A stretch of 64,000 nucleotides of DNA. Source: Cycas panzhihuaensis. Lineage: Eukaryota > Plantae > Cycadophyta. The number at the start of each line of letters is the position of its first letter. The first letter of the stretch is position 1. Positions 37,891-52,537 of this stretch are shown here, one piece after another. The notes below the pieces were generated by a model that was not told the DNA's origin, made no database searches, and saw only the letters and a program-made list of their open reading frames with translations. The stretch spans positions 26,481,741-26,545,740 of the forward strand of contig CM041465.1 of NCBI GenBank assembly GCA_023213395.1, in the 5' to 3' direction. Both the position numbers and the translations under genes were made by a program.

Positions 37891-39190
37891 TCTTGTCTGG
37901 GATCTGAGGGTAGGCCCCTCAAGGAATGATTCTTTCAGAGTTTTCTGCGTACCCAGATCAACTTGGGCAGCCGAATCCTTCTCTCTTTGGACTTTTAGCG
38001 GGGGTCTACCAACCCGCTTCTCAACACCTACATCCGGCTTCTTTTGAGGCGTCTGCAAGGTTGAATCAAGTTTTGCCTGTCCTGAGTCCTCTGGGCAAGG
38101 CAGATCCGCGTCCCCGTCCCCCTCTCTGAGGCGGCTTGGGCCAATAATCGGCGGGGGCATATCCGTCCCTTTTTCCATCACTCTCTCCAGTTGCCTCCAA
38201 GGCTTAGGCGAGACATTATGAGTCGGCGTAACATCCCCCTTTTGGGGGTGTTCCGTAGCCCCAACCTCTTCGTCTAGGCCCTTCAGGTCCACTGACCGAG
38301 CCAGATGTGCATCCTCCTCAAGCAACGTGTCCTCCTCGCTTGGATCAAAGCCTAAGTTTTGAAGAGAAATATCCGCCGCCTCCAATCGGCCAGGGCAAAC
38401 TTGCCCCACCACTATTCCTTCCTCCTGTTTGTCTGTCTCTGCTGGAACTTCTTTTAGGGGTTGCACACCCGGGCACTTCTGGGGCAGATGTCCCAGGTTT
38501 CTACATGTTGAGCATCTAAAGTGATCCAGCTCGTATAGCAAAGGTTGAACCCAGGTTTCATCAGGGAGGTCCATCCAGATATCGTCTAATAAAGGCTTAT
38601 CTATCCTCACCAAGGCACAAATTCTGGCATTAATAAGCTCGCTTCGTCTTCTTCTTTGAATCAAGCTGCTAGAGGGGCCAACCACCTTCGCGATCCCATT
38701 AAAACCTCGGGTTCCAATGGTGAAGCCAACCACGTAGTTGGATCCAAATAGGGGCTTGCTTAATTTTTGGAGTCGAGGGATCAAAGCCCCTATGCCATTT
38801 CTCCAGATATAACGCTTTTCTTCCAAACATCCATGGTGCCCTGATCAGAATGCTAGCCATATCTTCATATGATGCAAATTTAAATAGCACACAGCCCTTG
38901 GGCATGGCTATTACCTCAACATTACTCGATGTTTTCCATTTTGACCTCGTCCAAACCCTAATGGGCTCCAAACCTGGTCTGGGACTCGAGAACCTACCGA
39001 TAAGGCAGTTCTCCCACAGTTTCTCCATTTTTTCAACCAGTGCAAGGGGAATTTTCAGTCTTACTTTGTTGTCTTCGTACACCGGGGTTAAATCAAAAGA
39101 TACTTCCTCATTAGATTTTAGGACCTCTTTATAAGTTTTCCCAGGATAAGGCCTTTGGTTCTACTCAAGAAGGTGATCTTTTTCCATTTT
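37885..39190 (-). pseudogene. LINE ORF1 (DUF4283-type region and CX2CX4HX4C knuckle), frameshifted
   Basis: LWENCLIGRF...PWMFGRKALYLEKWHRGFDP...APIWIQL, ARICALVRIDKPL and CSTCRNLGHLPQKCP. Confidence 0.9.
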
Positions 39191-42100
39191 AAAATTATTA
39201 ACTAACTAGAGAGAACTCCGAACAGCAGTGCAAAAACATACCGGATGATTGCAGCCCTCCGGGGCCAAGACCTATTTGCCGTATTTATCCAGAGCCCCGA
39301 ACTGTCTACCACTCTGAACACCAGCTCTGACCTCCACCCCGAGAGGATAAGGCGTCCTTTCTGACCACAACAGGAGGCCTCCGCAGAGAACGAAAGACAA
39401 AGCAAGGAGAGGGAAGAGGGCCGCCTCCAGACAGCGATAGCTCTGACCCAGAAAGAGAAACGCCTGGCCGCCAAGCAAGTCTGCTCCTTACCCCGCCGCC
39501 ATAGCTCGAACAAGGGCAAAGATAGGAAGATCAAGAGCCCGTGGGCCTCAAAGGAAAGACGACGTCCAGCTCCTTCACCTTTCCAAGGACGCCTGGATCA
39601 CCACCTCCGTCCCCGCCTGCCGAAAACCCTAGCTTCCGATAATTGCTCTACGTCGCCGATCGCAGCTGCTTCTCAAAACCAATTTTTGCCTTGGATTCTT
39701 TTATAACTGCTATGTAATTTTCTAATTTTTAATCTACCAAATAATTTTCCAATTAGATTTCAATATAAATTTAATGCATGTTGATGTAAATGCCATGTAG
39801 ACAATATGTGGGCATTATTGAGAGGTAAACTTGAGAAAATAAAGTAAAGAATAAAGTGTCAAACTTACCCAAGAAATCTTGTTCTAATTTTAAATGCAGA
39901 AATTAAATTTCCTCAGTTGAATAGACCCATTATTGATATTTTGTGATGTATGATTCTTAGAGAAGAACCTAAGACTATAATAGATTGTTCTAAGGACTGT
40001 AGATATCTAAATCAAGGACACCCTTATAGATCTTGGATGAAACACCCATGGTAACTACTATCAATGGTAACGTCACAAGAGTGAAGTGTGGTGAATGACT
40101 ATGTGTGGTCTATTCTAGTGGTGGAATGCCAAAATACTCTAAAGGTACCTCAAAACCCCAATTGTGGACTACCCAAACCATAAGAAATATAATGTTGGGG
40201 GAGCCGCATCAGCTAGAAATAATTCTATAAAAAATTATCAAACTTGGTCATGTAGTTAGAACTATGCCAACTCTCAATGGATTTAGTGTATGTTGGTAAT
40301 TAAGACACTCGTTGGTGTAGGTTCCTACTAAACTCCACTTGGAATTCTAAAGTTTGCAATATACAAAATTCATCATTCATTTCATTTGGCATATATTGTA
40401 GATCTACATAATTAAAACATTCATTTAGCTAGCTTTGACATACATCTTGTTTCAAACTTTCTCTCTTAGAGTTATTGTATGTGCCTTCTGGATTAGAAGT
40501 TTGAATGACTTCACCTCTTTCTATGAAGGAATCTCTACATCAACTTTGGAATTCAAAAAGTCTTCAACTATCTTAGAATGTAATGAAGTGTTGCACCTAC
40601 ATGTTATGATGTCTAATCCTCCCTTGATCATAAGCATCAAAATTTTCTCTTAGAGGTAGATTAAAGGGCTATCACATCAGTGCCCATATGCCTTTCTTCA
40701 TAGCCATAAGATTATGCCTCTCTTCACATTTGTAACATGGAGTAGGGGTTGTCTTCAATAGATGATTATGGATATAGGGTAGAGTAAAGATGATGCTTTA
40801 ATGGGAAATAATATAGTGAGTGTGCTTCTTCTAAAGATCTCTCTATAGACTAATATACAAACTTAAGGACAAATATATCAGAAGGCATGTGTAGTTATTT
40901 ACTTTAAGGTGCTTCATTTTGGTATATTCGACAACAACTTGGATCTAAGTCTCTTATCTATGCTATGCTCCCATCTGGTCATAAATATGGAACCATTATT
41001 GCTCTCCTTACATAATAACATGGGACAATAATACATTGATAGCAATGTCTATAAATATTCTTTAGCTCTACCAAGAGATAACTCATAGGCAAATGATGAT
41101 GGTGCATGGTTATTAACCTGGGATGATGTGCAAGTAGCTAGGCAATTGGCTAAATTTCCTCTGATGAATCTCATATATAGAGGATTTTGCCATGTAGAGC
41201 AAAAAAACTTAAATGAACCATGACAACCACAAAGATAGTATTACAGGAGCATGATTACCAACCACACATATATAAGTAAGGATGTCACCTCATAATCATT
41301 CTTCATTTACTAGCAGACCAACCTACTCTAATACCATATCATAAAAGTAGGTACCAAATCATATCCATCATAACTTAATAAAAATAATACATAGAATATG
41401 ATCTTTATTATTTTTAAATGATTTACATGACTACATATTCATACTACTTGGTCACCTCTCAATCAACCAATTATATGACATGACCATTACAACCTCCATT
41501 ATGCATACACCTTAATAATATATTTTAATATTCCTAAATGGGTTAAGGGTGACCCCTTAAAACTAATATATTCACCACTTTCTACCACTAATATTACCCT
41601 ATTAAGATTTGATCACTTAACACTAGACCCCATGGACATTACTACTAGAATATTAAACATTATTTTTAACATCCAACAACTATTTCTACAAAAGGTCTAG
41701 CATTTCTAAGGGTAAATTACTTGAAGGGAACTATAATAAAGAATAGTCAAAAGGTAAATATGATGAAGAGACCGCCTTTATTGTTACTCTAGTTTCATCT
41801 GTCTAGCACAGTAAGAATTGCTTCATTGACTTTGGCACATTAAACCATATGACAGGTAGAGAGGATTGGTTTTCATCCCTATAGACATACATGATGAATA
41901 AAAGTGTGGAATTAGGTGATAATCACCCTCTAGAAATCAAAGGCAGAAGAACTATAACAATCTAGATTAAGTATGAAATTTTAAAAAATTAGAAATGTGT
42001 TATTTGTACCTGGTATGAAGAAGAATCTTCTTTTAGTATCATAGTTAAGAAAGAAGAAACTTCATGTGATTTTTCATGAAAATGGTAAATGTTATATTCT

Positions 42101-45100
42101 CAACATGAAAAAGGATGGTCAATTCATTATTGAGGGAATAAAAACTGATGATCTTTATAAGTTGGTTTCTACCCCTATTATTCCCTCTATAAAAGCTCTT
42201 ATTATTCAAGATAATAATAATGAAATCTGGTATTCTTGGTATGAGCATATTACTAATGATAGTTTAAAATGGATAAAAAATTCTAAGATGGTTGATAGAT
42301 TGCCTATTAATCTTATAATAAATGCCTCTGTTTATAAAAGTTATATGCTAGGGAAACATTATAAAATGCCATTTTAGGAAAGTAATTGGAAAGCAAAAGA
42401 AAAACTAGAATTGATTCATAGCGATATATGTGGACCTATTACACCAAACTCTGTAAATGATGCCAGGTATTTTCTCACTTTTATAGATGATTTAACTAGA
42501 AAATCATGGGATTACTTTATCTTTAGTAAATATGAAGCCCTTGATTGTTTCAAAGGGTTTAAAGCTCAAGTAGAAGTCAAAAGTGGGCACAAAATAAAGA
42601 TGTTAAGGATAAACAGAGGTAGAGAGCACATCTCAAATGATTTTTAAAGTTCTTGAAAAAATCATGGCATTCATAGGTAGATTATGACTCCATATACACC
42701 ACAGTCAAATGGAGTAGCCAAAAGATTAAATAGGATCTTAACTAAGATGGCCTAATGCATGATGAAGGAGAAACATGTATCAAATATATATTGGACTGAA
42801 ACTATCAACATTGATGTCTACTTGATAAATAAATATCCAACAAAGGCACTTGATAAGGTCACTCTAGAAGAAGCTTGGATAGGCATAAAACCAAATGTAA
42901 GTCATCTAAGAACTTTTGGATGCATTGCCTATGTATATATTCTAACTTAAAAAACAATCAAATTAGATAACAAAAGTATTGAATATATTTTCGTTGGATA
43001 CATTATAAAATCAAAAGCTTATCAATGCATAGACATCAAAATAAAGAAAATGGATGTAAGTAGAGACATAACCTTTGATGAAGGGGTCTTAAAAAATAAA
43101 GATATTAATTCTTATTAAAAGAATATAACAATAGAAGAAAATATAGAATCTATTATAAGTCTTGTTGAAGAAGAATTAGAAAATATAGAGTCGTCTACCT
43201 CTCAAGACGATATAGAAGAATCAACTTCCTAAGAAGAATCAGAAGAGGAAGGGTAGGAAAATGTCTCAGGAAAAAGGGCACCTAAATGGTACCTAAAAAT
43301 TATTGAAGAATTGAGAGGAGATGTATTCGAACATAGAACCAAATCACAAAAGCATCAAGCCTTAGTCTGCTCACTTAAACCTCAAGACTTTGAACATGTC
43401 CTATGGAAGAAAAGAATAGGAAGAAGCTATGGACAAGGAAATGAAGTCCATAAATCAAAATAACACTTAGGATCTAGTTTTGCCTCCAAAGGATAAACCC
43501 ATTAGGGCTACAAATGCATATATAAAATAAAAGAAAAATCTAATGGGAGAATAAAAAAACATAAAGTCTGGCTTATAACTTAAGGATACACCTAGATAGT
43601 AGCCATTGATTACTAAGAGACATTTGCTCCAATAGCAAAGCTTATAACCATTCACATTGTCATAGCCTTGGCAACTCAACACAATTAGAAAATTATGCAA
43701 ATGGATGTAAAAAGTTCCTTCTTGAATGGTGATCTCAATAAAGAAGTTTATATGGAATAGCCACCTAGATACATAAAAAAGAGAGAAGAACATTTAGCTT
43801 ATAAATTAAAAAATGCACTATATGGTCTAAATCAGGCACCTAAAGCCTAATATGCTAAGCTAGATTTCCATCTATAACAAGGAGGTTTTCATAGATTTGA
43901 AATAGATGCAAACCTTTATATAAAATGGTAAGAGAATTTGATTGTCATTATTATAGTATATGTAGATTATTTGATTATCATAGAGAATGATGATCAAACC
44001 ATCAACCAGATACAAGGACAAATGGAAAGAAAATTTAAAATAACCAACTTAGGTACACTCCACTACTATGTTGATATAGAAGTTAATTACGGAGAAAGTG
44101 GAATTTCTATCTCATAATCCAAATATATAAAAAAACTACTAAAAAGGTTTAATATGGAAGAATGTAATCTACATGCTACACCAATGGAAGTAGGTTGTGT
44201 TTGTACTATTGATAAAAGGAAATACTAAGAAGTAAATGAAACTCTCTTCAAGCAACTTGTTGGGAGCTTAATTTATCTAACAACAACCAGACTTGATATT
44301 CTCTTCTCAGTTAGAGTCATTTCCAGGTTCATGCATAATCTAAAGATTGCATATTACCAAAAAGGTCTTGAGATATATCAAAGGTACCTTAAATTTTAGG
44401 CTTTAATATACAAGGACAAATAAGCTAGAGCTAACTGGATATATTGATTTTGATTGGGCTAAATAATCTCTAGAAAGGAAATCAATATTTGGATATTGTT
44501 TTGATCTTGAAACTATTGTAACATCTTAGAGTAGTAAAAAAAATCCAATAGAAGCCATATCTTCTATAAAAGTAGAATATAAAGCTATTGTAATGAACTA
44601 AATCAAGGCTAAATTAGTTATTGAATTATCTAAATCAAGGCTATGAAAAGGCAACAATAATGTATTATGACAATCAAAGTGTGATTAAGCTTACCAAGAA
44701 TCTTGTCTTTCATGCAAAAACCAAACACATAGAGGTTCATCATCACTTTATTAGAGAAAATGTTTAGAATAAAGAAATCAAATTATAATATTACAATAGT
44801 AATCAATAGGTTACAGATATTTTTATAAAACCATTACCAAAGGATAAATTTCAATATTTTAGGGATTTACTTAGAATGAAAAGCAAAGGATAAAACATTA
44901 AGAAAGGGTGTTAAAATGTTGATGTTTTATCCTAAGGTTGTATTTTATGAAACCAAAAGGGTTATGTGTCATTGCACCCTCTTAGTATTAATCCTATACT
45001 TATCATTCATAATGGATACTTGTTGTCTATATACAAATTAGTTATGTAAGATTACTTGTATAAATGAGGGAACATCTCTCTCATTAAATCAATGAAGAAT

Positions 45101-45849
45101 TTAGTTCCATTATTTAAGAGCTATGTGCCTAAACCATTCAAGCCTTCCTATCATGTGCTTGGGAGCACCTAAGTTGATGTACCAAACATTAATGAGCCTC
45201 CTTTTATTTGTCGCCATATTCCACTAATCAACCTTATGTTGTTGGTCAGCCTATAATAGACTATAATCTCTTTTGATATGACCCAATTGATTGTAATTAT
45301 AGTAGATGTTATAAGGCAATTTATTTAAATAGGAAAATAAGAAAATTTCACTTATTTTTTAATGTAAAATGCAATAAAATAAATATGAACATAAGAAATA
45401 GTGGGTGTTAAATAACCCTCAGATAGTATACATAGCTTTTATTAGAAAATATTAATTGTGGGGTCCTCAGTCACTTCATAGAGTGTGAGCATAATATAAA
45501 AAATTATTGGTCACCATGTAGGGAGCCAAAATTTTATAATATGGCCATGCTCATTATGTAGAACATAAAAATATACTATGGAAAGGTATCTTTTATTTTT
45601 ACAAGCAGCTTCTCTATGAACTAGAAAATGATATAGCCCTTTTCTTCTAAATGTGACCAGGGCTAACAAACTAGGGGCAAATCAGAACTTAAATGAAATT
45701 TAAAAACAATTTAATACATCTAAAAAATATTAGAAAAAATTGAAACTTTTTAATTATAAGTTTTTAGTCAAAAAAATTTATCTCCATTTAAGCTCTATGT
45801 TACAAAAAAAATTTGCATGATCAATCACATTTGAGCCTAAATGATTTAG

Positions 45850-46441
45850 TTCTAGTTATGTTCAATTTACTTGTATCCCTCTCAATTGTCTAGTTCGTAC
45901 AATCTCCCATTCGGTGTCTTCACAACTGGGTAACCTATCTTTCATTCTACACTTTTATTTTACCACATTATCTTCAATAGTTATAAGTTTGTGGCTTTCA
46001 TAATAACATCTTTCAACTATTAATAGGGTATTTCTAGGGCATATTCTCTTTGTTTCCTAAACTCTACATATTAGCATGTTGTTCAAAACCTAGCATTGAC
46101 AAATATCATAATTTATCTCTTCTCGAATGGAGTCTGACAAGTTTATAACTTACATGAATTTATTGTTATAACATTCTTTATTTGCTTACATTTGGGATTT
46201 CATCTCTATTTAACCGTGTTACCTAGTTTGGTGTTGATTGTGTTCTACAATGGGCATATTATACCTCATCATTTCTGATGGATCGCCTTCTTATCCCTAT
46301 TATAACATCTCTTCATCCCTCAAAATCCATCCATTGATAACTATTATTAATGGATGTCTCCTCCTCTATATCTATTTTATGTTTTTAGTTCTAATACTCT
46401 TATTCTCCTCAATGTGATGTCCCTTTTCTCAGCCTCTCTAT
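45850..46441 (-). pseudogene. Highly decayed Gypsy-type gag fragment, continuing at 51668-51800
   Basis: Patchy minus-strand translation IFVNARF / EQHANM*SL / PINS*KM resembles retrotransposon gag. Confidence 0.35.
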
Positions 46442-49400
46442 TATCAGAAGATAATGTTTTATTCTAGGACATAAGTGTGTGATGCTAGGACATAAATGTA
46501 TTAGGACATAAGTCCACCTAAGTAAATGTAATTATTTAGTGGACATGTGTCACTTTTAGATTAGTTTGTTATTAGGCAGTTACAACCTCTCCATGTATAT
46601 ATTCTACTCATTGTGCATTAATGAGATACAATTCTTCCACCCATCTTGATGGTGCTTTTCTACATGGTATCAAAGTAGGCCGCTCTGTCACATTAGGCAG
46701 GTCTTTGAGTTGTATGCTAATCTGAAGGAGATTTTTGAAGTTATACACAAGGAAGTGTCCTAACAAAGGATTCATAGAGAAGATAGGAGCATTTTGAAGT
46801 TGCAAGCAGACTGTCTGAAACTCCCAGTGATACCAGTACGGATCCATACAACTATACGGTCAAAATTTTTCAAGTTCTCAGAATAAGATGAAATTTGGCT
46901 AACTTGTAGATCAGGATGTTCTAAGCATATTTCTCTTATGGAGCGAGTCCATTTGAAGACTTTTTCGAGGTCATTTTGTCTCTTTTCAAGTATGCACCCC
47001 TTTTTACTTTGCAAGTGAAATTTCTCTCAATTTTTTGTAATTTTAAATCAGACTTTCTTCAAGAATCCTTCACTGGAGTATTGTGCCTCTGTCTCGAGCA
47101 TTTCTATATGGATTTTTGGCATTTTTCATCAGTTTCGAGTGATTTTCTCTAGAATTTAGGGCATCATCCGTACTCTTTCGAGACCTATTTCTCTCTAGTG
47201 TGAAGTCCAAATCCAAAAATAATTATAGATCTGGATTCATCTCAATTCCATCTTTCTTTCAAGGTATCATTTGTATCAATCTATATAAATTTTGTACCAT
47301 ATGGAAATACGCACATAAGTGTGACCTAGGGTTTTAAAAAGTCATTTTTTGAATTCAACATGGCTTCTACAGTACTGGCTTTATTTGACAATGACAAATT
47401 AACTGACAATAACTATCATATTTGGAAATTTAAAATAGAAACCCTACTTAGAGAAAAAAATGCATGGGGTGTTGCTTCTAGGACTAAATCCATGCCTGTA
47501 GAAGTAGGGAATGCTCAGACAAATTAGGACAAAAGAGATAGTACCAGGGTGATTATACTAAAGTTATCAATTTCTGATTCACTTTTTGTTTACTTTGAAA
47601 ATCTATACTCCACTGCTAGCATATGGCAATATCTAGAGAACATGTATGGTCAATAAAATAGAGCCAAAATATTAGCTCTAAAGGTTGATATGTTCAATCT
47701 CCAAATGAAAGAAACTAAGTCTATCACTGAATTCCTACACAAAATAATCTCTCTGAGAAATAGCCTTATTAGTGATAGTGGTCCTTTCACTGAACCAAAA
47801 CTGGTAGAACTTGTTATCAGTAAATTGCCCAAATCATTTGATGTCACAATCAATACCATCACTAATCCCAATCAATTGGCAACTATATCTTTGGATTCTC
47901 TAACAAGACTACTTTTGCAGTAAGAACAAAGAAACAAAAGGTATGAAGGTACTGCAGATCTCGAGGATGCCTTTGCATCAAGGTTAAATTTGGGATCAAG
48001 AGGCTGAAGCAGAGGATGTGGAAGAAATTCTGAAAACTACGACACATCACGTGGTCAGTGGCAAGACTCAAGTAGCACATCATGAGGAAGATGGCAAGAT
48101 TCAAGGAGTAGAGGTAGAAGCATCATATGCTATAGCTATGGTAAGACACGTCACTTTGCCAACTCGTGTAAAGCTTTTGATAAATGTTATCATTGTGGTC
48201 AATTTGGACACTATCCATTTCAATGTAAGAAAGCAAATAAACAGAGAGGGAAGAAACCGATGGGAAACTTTAGCAAAGAACAAACTGACAATGATGACCA
48301 AGAAGAAGAAGAAGCAATAGCCTTTGTCATTGCTTTAACAGCAAATCTGCAGGATAAAGAATTATGGTACATCAACTCTGGAGCTTCTTACCACATGACC
48401 AATCAAGAGGAATGGTTTGAAGAGTTGTGGCCCTATAATTCAAACAAATCAGTGGAACTTGGAGACAAATACTCTCTCAAAATTAAAGGAGTAGGAACAA
48501 TTGTGATCAAAATCAATGACAAGATAGAAAAGATTGGTGATGTCCTCCTTGTGCTAGATTTAAAAATGAATCTCCTTTTTGTTTCTCAATTGAAGAAAAA
48601 GGGGATGTGTACTCTGTTTGATGAAAAGGGGTTATGTTATATTTATGACATGAAAAATAATGGGAGTGAAATTGTAAAAGGGGTTAAATGTAATGATCTA
48701 TACAGGTTGATGTCACAATCTATTTTACCAAATGTAAAAGCATGTTCTGCTACAAACAATAATGATAAAATATGGCATTTCAAGTATGGACATCTTCCTA
48801 TGAAAAAATTAAAGAATATGGAAAGGAAAATTTTGGTGATTGGATTACCCCATATCACCTCGAACAGTTATGTTTGTAAAATTTGTCAATTTGGTAAACA
48901 ACATAGGGTTCCTTTTCAAGATGGCACATCGCGAGCTAGAGAAAAACTAGAGTTAATACACACTGATCTCTGTGGTCCCATTACTCCACACTCCATCAAT
49001 AAGAAAAGGTATTTCATCACTTTCATAGATGACTTCACCAAAAAAATTTGGATTTATTTTTTGCATACAAAATCAGAAGCTTTTGACGCATTTAAAGAGT
49101 TCAAAGTAGAAGCTGAACTAGAAAGTAATGCCAAGATTGAGTGTATAAGATCAGACAAAGGAGGAGAATATATTTCAAAAGATTTCCTAGAATACTACAA
49201 GCATAGAGGGATACAGAGATAATTTACAACTCCATATACGCCTCAATCCAATGGAGTCGCTGAATGTAAAAATTGAGTCATTATGGAAATGGCACGAAGT
49301 ATGATACATACCAAGAATGTCTCCAAAACTTATTGGGCTGAAGTTATTAGTACAGCCTGTTACCTATTAAACAGAAGTCCAACTAAAGCAGTAATCTAGT

Positions 49401-51667
49401 CCACTCCAGAAGAAGCCTGGACAGGAAGTAAGCCCGACATAAGTCATTTAAAGGTCTTTGGAAGCCAAGCATTTGTTCATATTCCAAACAAGAAAAGGAA
49501 GAAATTAGACTAAAAAATATCGAATGCATCATGGTGGGATACAACAAAAACTCAAAAGAATATAAGTGCATTGATCCCATAACTAACAAAGTCTGTGTAA
49601 GTCGAGATGTCATTTTCAATGAGGAAAACAAAGAAGAAAACATCAATAAGAGTCAGATGTTAGAAATGATACCTTAAATTCCTTCATGCAGTCAAATAGA
49701 TGATGAGGAACCAAGTGTTATCACTGAAGAAGAAGTCATCCATGATTCAAGCATAGAATCTACATTAGAAAGTATTTCGGAAGTTGAAGGTGAAGGTCCA
49801 AAAAAATTACCAAAATGGTATCTCAAGACCTTAGAAGAAAACAAGGGAGAAATTTTACCCCATCGAATAAGGAGTCAAACACCAAAAGCTCTAATTAGCA
49901 ATGTCGAACCTCAGTCTTTTATAGAAGCTAACAAACATGTCGAATGGAGAAATGCTATGGACACTGAATTGGACTCTATCATCAAAAATCAAACTTGGTA
50001 GCTAGTTAAGCTACCCCTTAATAAGTTAGTTGTAGGCGGCAAATGGGTTTATAAAATTAAAAGAAGACCAGATGGAAAAATAGAAAAACATAAAGTCAGG
50101 TTAGTTGCAAAAGGATACACACAGACAGCAGGGATAGACTATGAAGAAACCTTTTCTCTGTTAACTAAGATAAATATAGTTAGAACAATTATTGCTATTA
50201 CAGCATGCAAAAATTGAAAAATATATCAAATGGATGTCAAAAGTACCTTCTTAAATGGAGAAATTAAAGAAGAAGTTTACATGTCCCAGCCTGAAGGTTA
50301 CATTAAAGCAGGTCAAGAACATCTAGTCTATAAGTTAAAGAAGGCCCTATATGTGTTGAAGCAAGCACCACGTGCCTGGTATAGCAAACTAGATAATTAT
50401 CTCTGTAAAAATGGCTTCCAAAGATGCAACTTTGATTCAAGTTTGTATAAGAAAAGCAAGGATGGCATAACAACCATTATAGCAGTTTATGTTAATGACA
50501 TGTTTATCACAGGAAATGATGAAACTTCTATAGCAGAAATTAAAAAACAACTGGCAAATAAGTTTGAGATGACTGACCTTGGGATCCTAAGTTTCTACTT
50601 AGGGATTCAGATTCAACAACAGCATAGTTCAATCACCTTATGTCAAAGCAAGTATATCAAAGATCTGCTGACCAAATTCAAAATTGAAGACTGTAATCCT
50701 TGCTCTACTCCAATGGAAGTAACTTGTGACTTGATTCCAAGAGAAGAAGATCACAGCTTTGATGCAACATTATACATGCAACTTGTTAGAAGTCTTATCT
50801 ATCTCACAGCAACTACACCTGACAATTCATATGTAGTGAGTCTAGTATCTAGATACATGCATGAGCCAAAGATAAGACATTGGAATATAGCCAAAAGAAT
50901 CTTAAGATATCTCAAGGGAATAATAGAATTAAAGCTAAACTTTCCAAGAAAAATATCACTTCAGTTGACAGGTTTCTGTGATTCAGATTGGGTAGGTGAT
51001 AAAGAACAAAGAAAATCCACAAGCGGCTTTTGCTTCTTCTTAGGCTACTCACTAATCTCTTGGAGCTGTAGGAAGCAAGCCATCGTAGCATTATCTTCAA
51101 CAGAAGCTGAATACACGTTAGCAGTAAGTGCTACCACTGAAGCAATTTGGCTTTGACAGCTATTGAAAGATTTGAATGTACATCAAGAGACAGCAACCAC
51201 TCTCTTTTGTGATAATCAGAGTGCAATCAAGCTGACCAAAAATCTAGTATTTCACACCAGAACCAAATACATTGAAGTTTAGTATCATTTCATAAGAGAA
51301 AAAGTACAAAGTAAAGAAATAGATCTTATCTACTATCCAACTAGTGACCAGATTGTAGACATCCTGACCAAACCATTGGGGCAAGAAAATTTTCAAATAT
51401 TAAGAAATAAAATAAGGTTAAAAGAATAAAACATTAAGAGAGGGTGTCAGAAGATAATGTTTTATTCTAGAACATAAGTATATGATGCTAGGACATAAAT
51501 GTATTAGGACATAAGTCCACCTTAATAAATGTAATTATCTGGTGGACATGTGTCACTTTCAGATTAGTTTGTTATTAGGCAGTTACAACCTCTCCATGTA
51601 TATATTCTACTCATTGTGAATTAATGAGATACAATTCTTCCACCCATCTTGATGGTGCTTTTCTACA
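46442..51667 (+). mobile_element. Copia F, complete and best-preserved LTR element; LTRs 46442-46664 and 51445-51667
   Basis: 223-bp LTRs with about 10 differences, TSD TCTAT, PBS tggtatcaaagt at 46665-46676 and PPT attaagagaggg. Confidence 0.97.
47360..51429 (+). pseudogene. Copia F gag-pol with scattered stops
   Basis: [70 protein letters not shown](M), FCDSDW and ALSSTEAEY. Confidence 0.95.
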
Positions 51668-51905
51668 TCTATCATTCTTAAATTTTCCTCCATCAGTATG
51701 CCTTCCTTATCAATGTCTGCTCCATCTAATAATCTTTCCATATTGATTGATTTTTCTTAGAAGAAGTTTCTTTACTATTTCATTTTTATTTAATTTACTT
51801 GTCTAAATTTCTAATTCTCATCTCCTATGGAAATATCATGTAATAATAGTATCGCCTCATATATGTAATTGCCTATAGAACTAGTTAGAGATCCTAGTAT
51901 ACCAC

Positions 51906-52235
51906 TGACTAAAATAAAGAATACCAATTTCCCTCACTTTTGAAAATAAACACAATTGGGAAACACCCATGTGAGGATTTAACAAATAACACTAATAATA
52001 AATGCAAATATAATTCTTAAAATAATACCAGTGTTAATTCCAAAAATAACTATTCTTATCTATCACATTAATTAAACCCCACCTTTTTTTTTTTATGATA
52101 CTAAAATATCATAGTTTAAAAAAATGATATCACAACAAAACTATACAAACTTTCACCACCTATAAACTGATGATAATATAAAGCTACTTGGTTCCATATA
52201 TCATTGGATGCAAAATTGATTTGCAACCTATAACA
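51906..52235 (-). repeat. Probable 5' LTR of the element carrying the gag fragment at 45850-46441
   Basis: TG...CA termini with tggtata on the minus strand immediately internal (51898-51904). No partner LTR found. Confidence 0.4.
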
Positions 52236-52537
52236 GCACTCTATGTTGATACCAAATGAAAGTTAGGGTTGAAATATGGAGCCAACTTGACATATAAAGA
52301 CCTAAGTTTTTAGGTAGAATTGGTCTACCATCAAAATAATTAGCATTCATTAAGAATCCGTACAACTTGAATTGTTCAATTCATAATACAATACATTTAT
52401 ATATACAAGGAAGATCGATAATAATTAACAAATAAATCTATAGTTACCCTGACACGTATCACAAATGCATTTAGGATTTTGTAACTCTTAGTGACTCACT
52501 TATCTTATTTTGTACACATATAAATATTAATCTAACA

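Larger units (their letters stand above)
33546..39686 (-). mobile_element. Full-length L1-clade LINE (about 6.1 kb) with C-terminal RNase H
   Basis: 18-bp TSD tgccttggattcttttat (33528-33545 / 39687-39704), oligo(T) at about 33548 (poly-A tail), a GC-rich 5' UTR, and ORF1 plus ORF2 domains. Confidence 0.97.
31068..41671 (-). mobile_element. Copia E, internally deleted and degenerate; LTRs 31068-31401 and 41337-41671
   Basis: Alignable LTRs of about 335 bp (tgtcagaaa...tttctgaca), PBS tggtattagagt at 41325-41336, PPT at 31402 and a degenerate TSD tttag/tccaa. It splits the second zinc knuckle of Copia C. Confidence 0.88.
23054..45126 (+). mobile_element. Copia C; 5' LTR 23054-23289, 3' LTR 44909-~45126 (truncated); coding parts 23995-24651, 30906-31067 and 41672-44896
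   Basis: Alignable LTRs, decayed PBS tagtatcaaaac at 23290 and PPT attaagaaaggg at 44897. Protein motifs: gag WKIKMKGILITKNAWELV, two zinc knuckles, NHMTGREDWF, IHSDICGP, QMDVKSSFLNG and VFHAKTKHIEVHHHFIRE. Confidence 0.9.
19822..52537 (-). mobile_element. Copia B, expanded to 32.7 kb by nested insertions; LTRs 19822-20103 and 52257-52537
   Basis: Two alignable LTRs of about 281 bp, PPT ctctctcttaat at 20104-20115 and a degenerate iMet PBS at about 52238-52254. The host RT resumes immediately after 52537. The TSD is degraded. Confidence 0.85.

Noticed and set aside
33646-39134. Numerous plus-strand ORFs across the LINE, and likewise at 13359-16861
   Set aside because: Antisense shadows of minus-strand retroelement coding sequence.
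39202-39534. 110-aa and 68-aa ORFs upstream of LINE ORF1
   Set aside because: GC-rich 5' UTR with no recognisable domain; probably chance ORFs.
39780-40310. Plus-strand gag or zinc-knuckle fragment inside Copia E
   Set aside because: Only a faint KLGHVV-like remnant; too decayed to support boundaries or identity.
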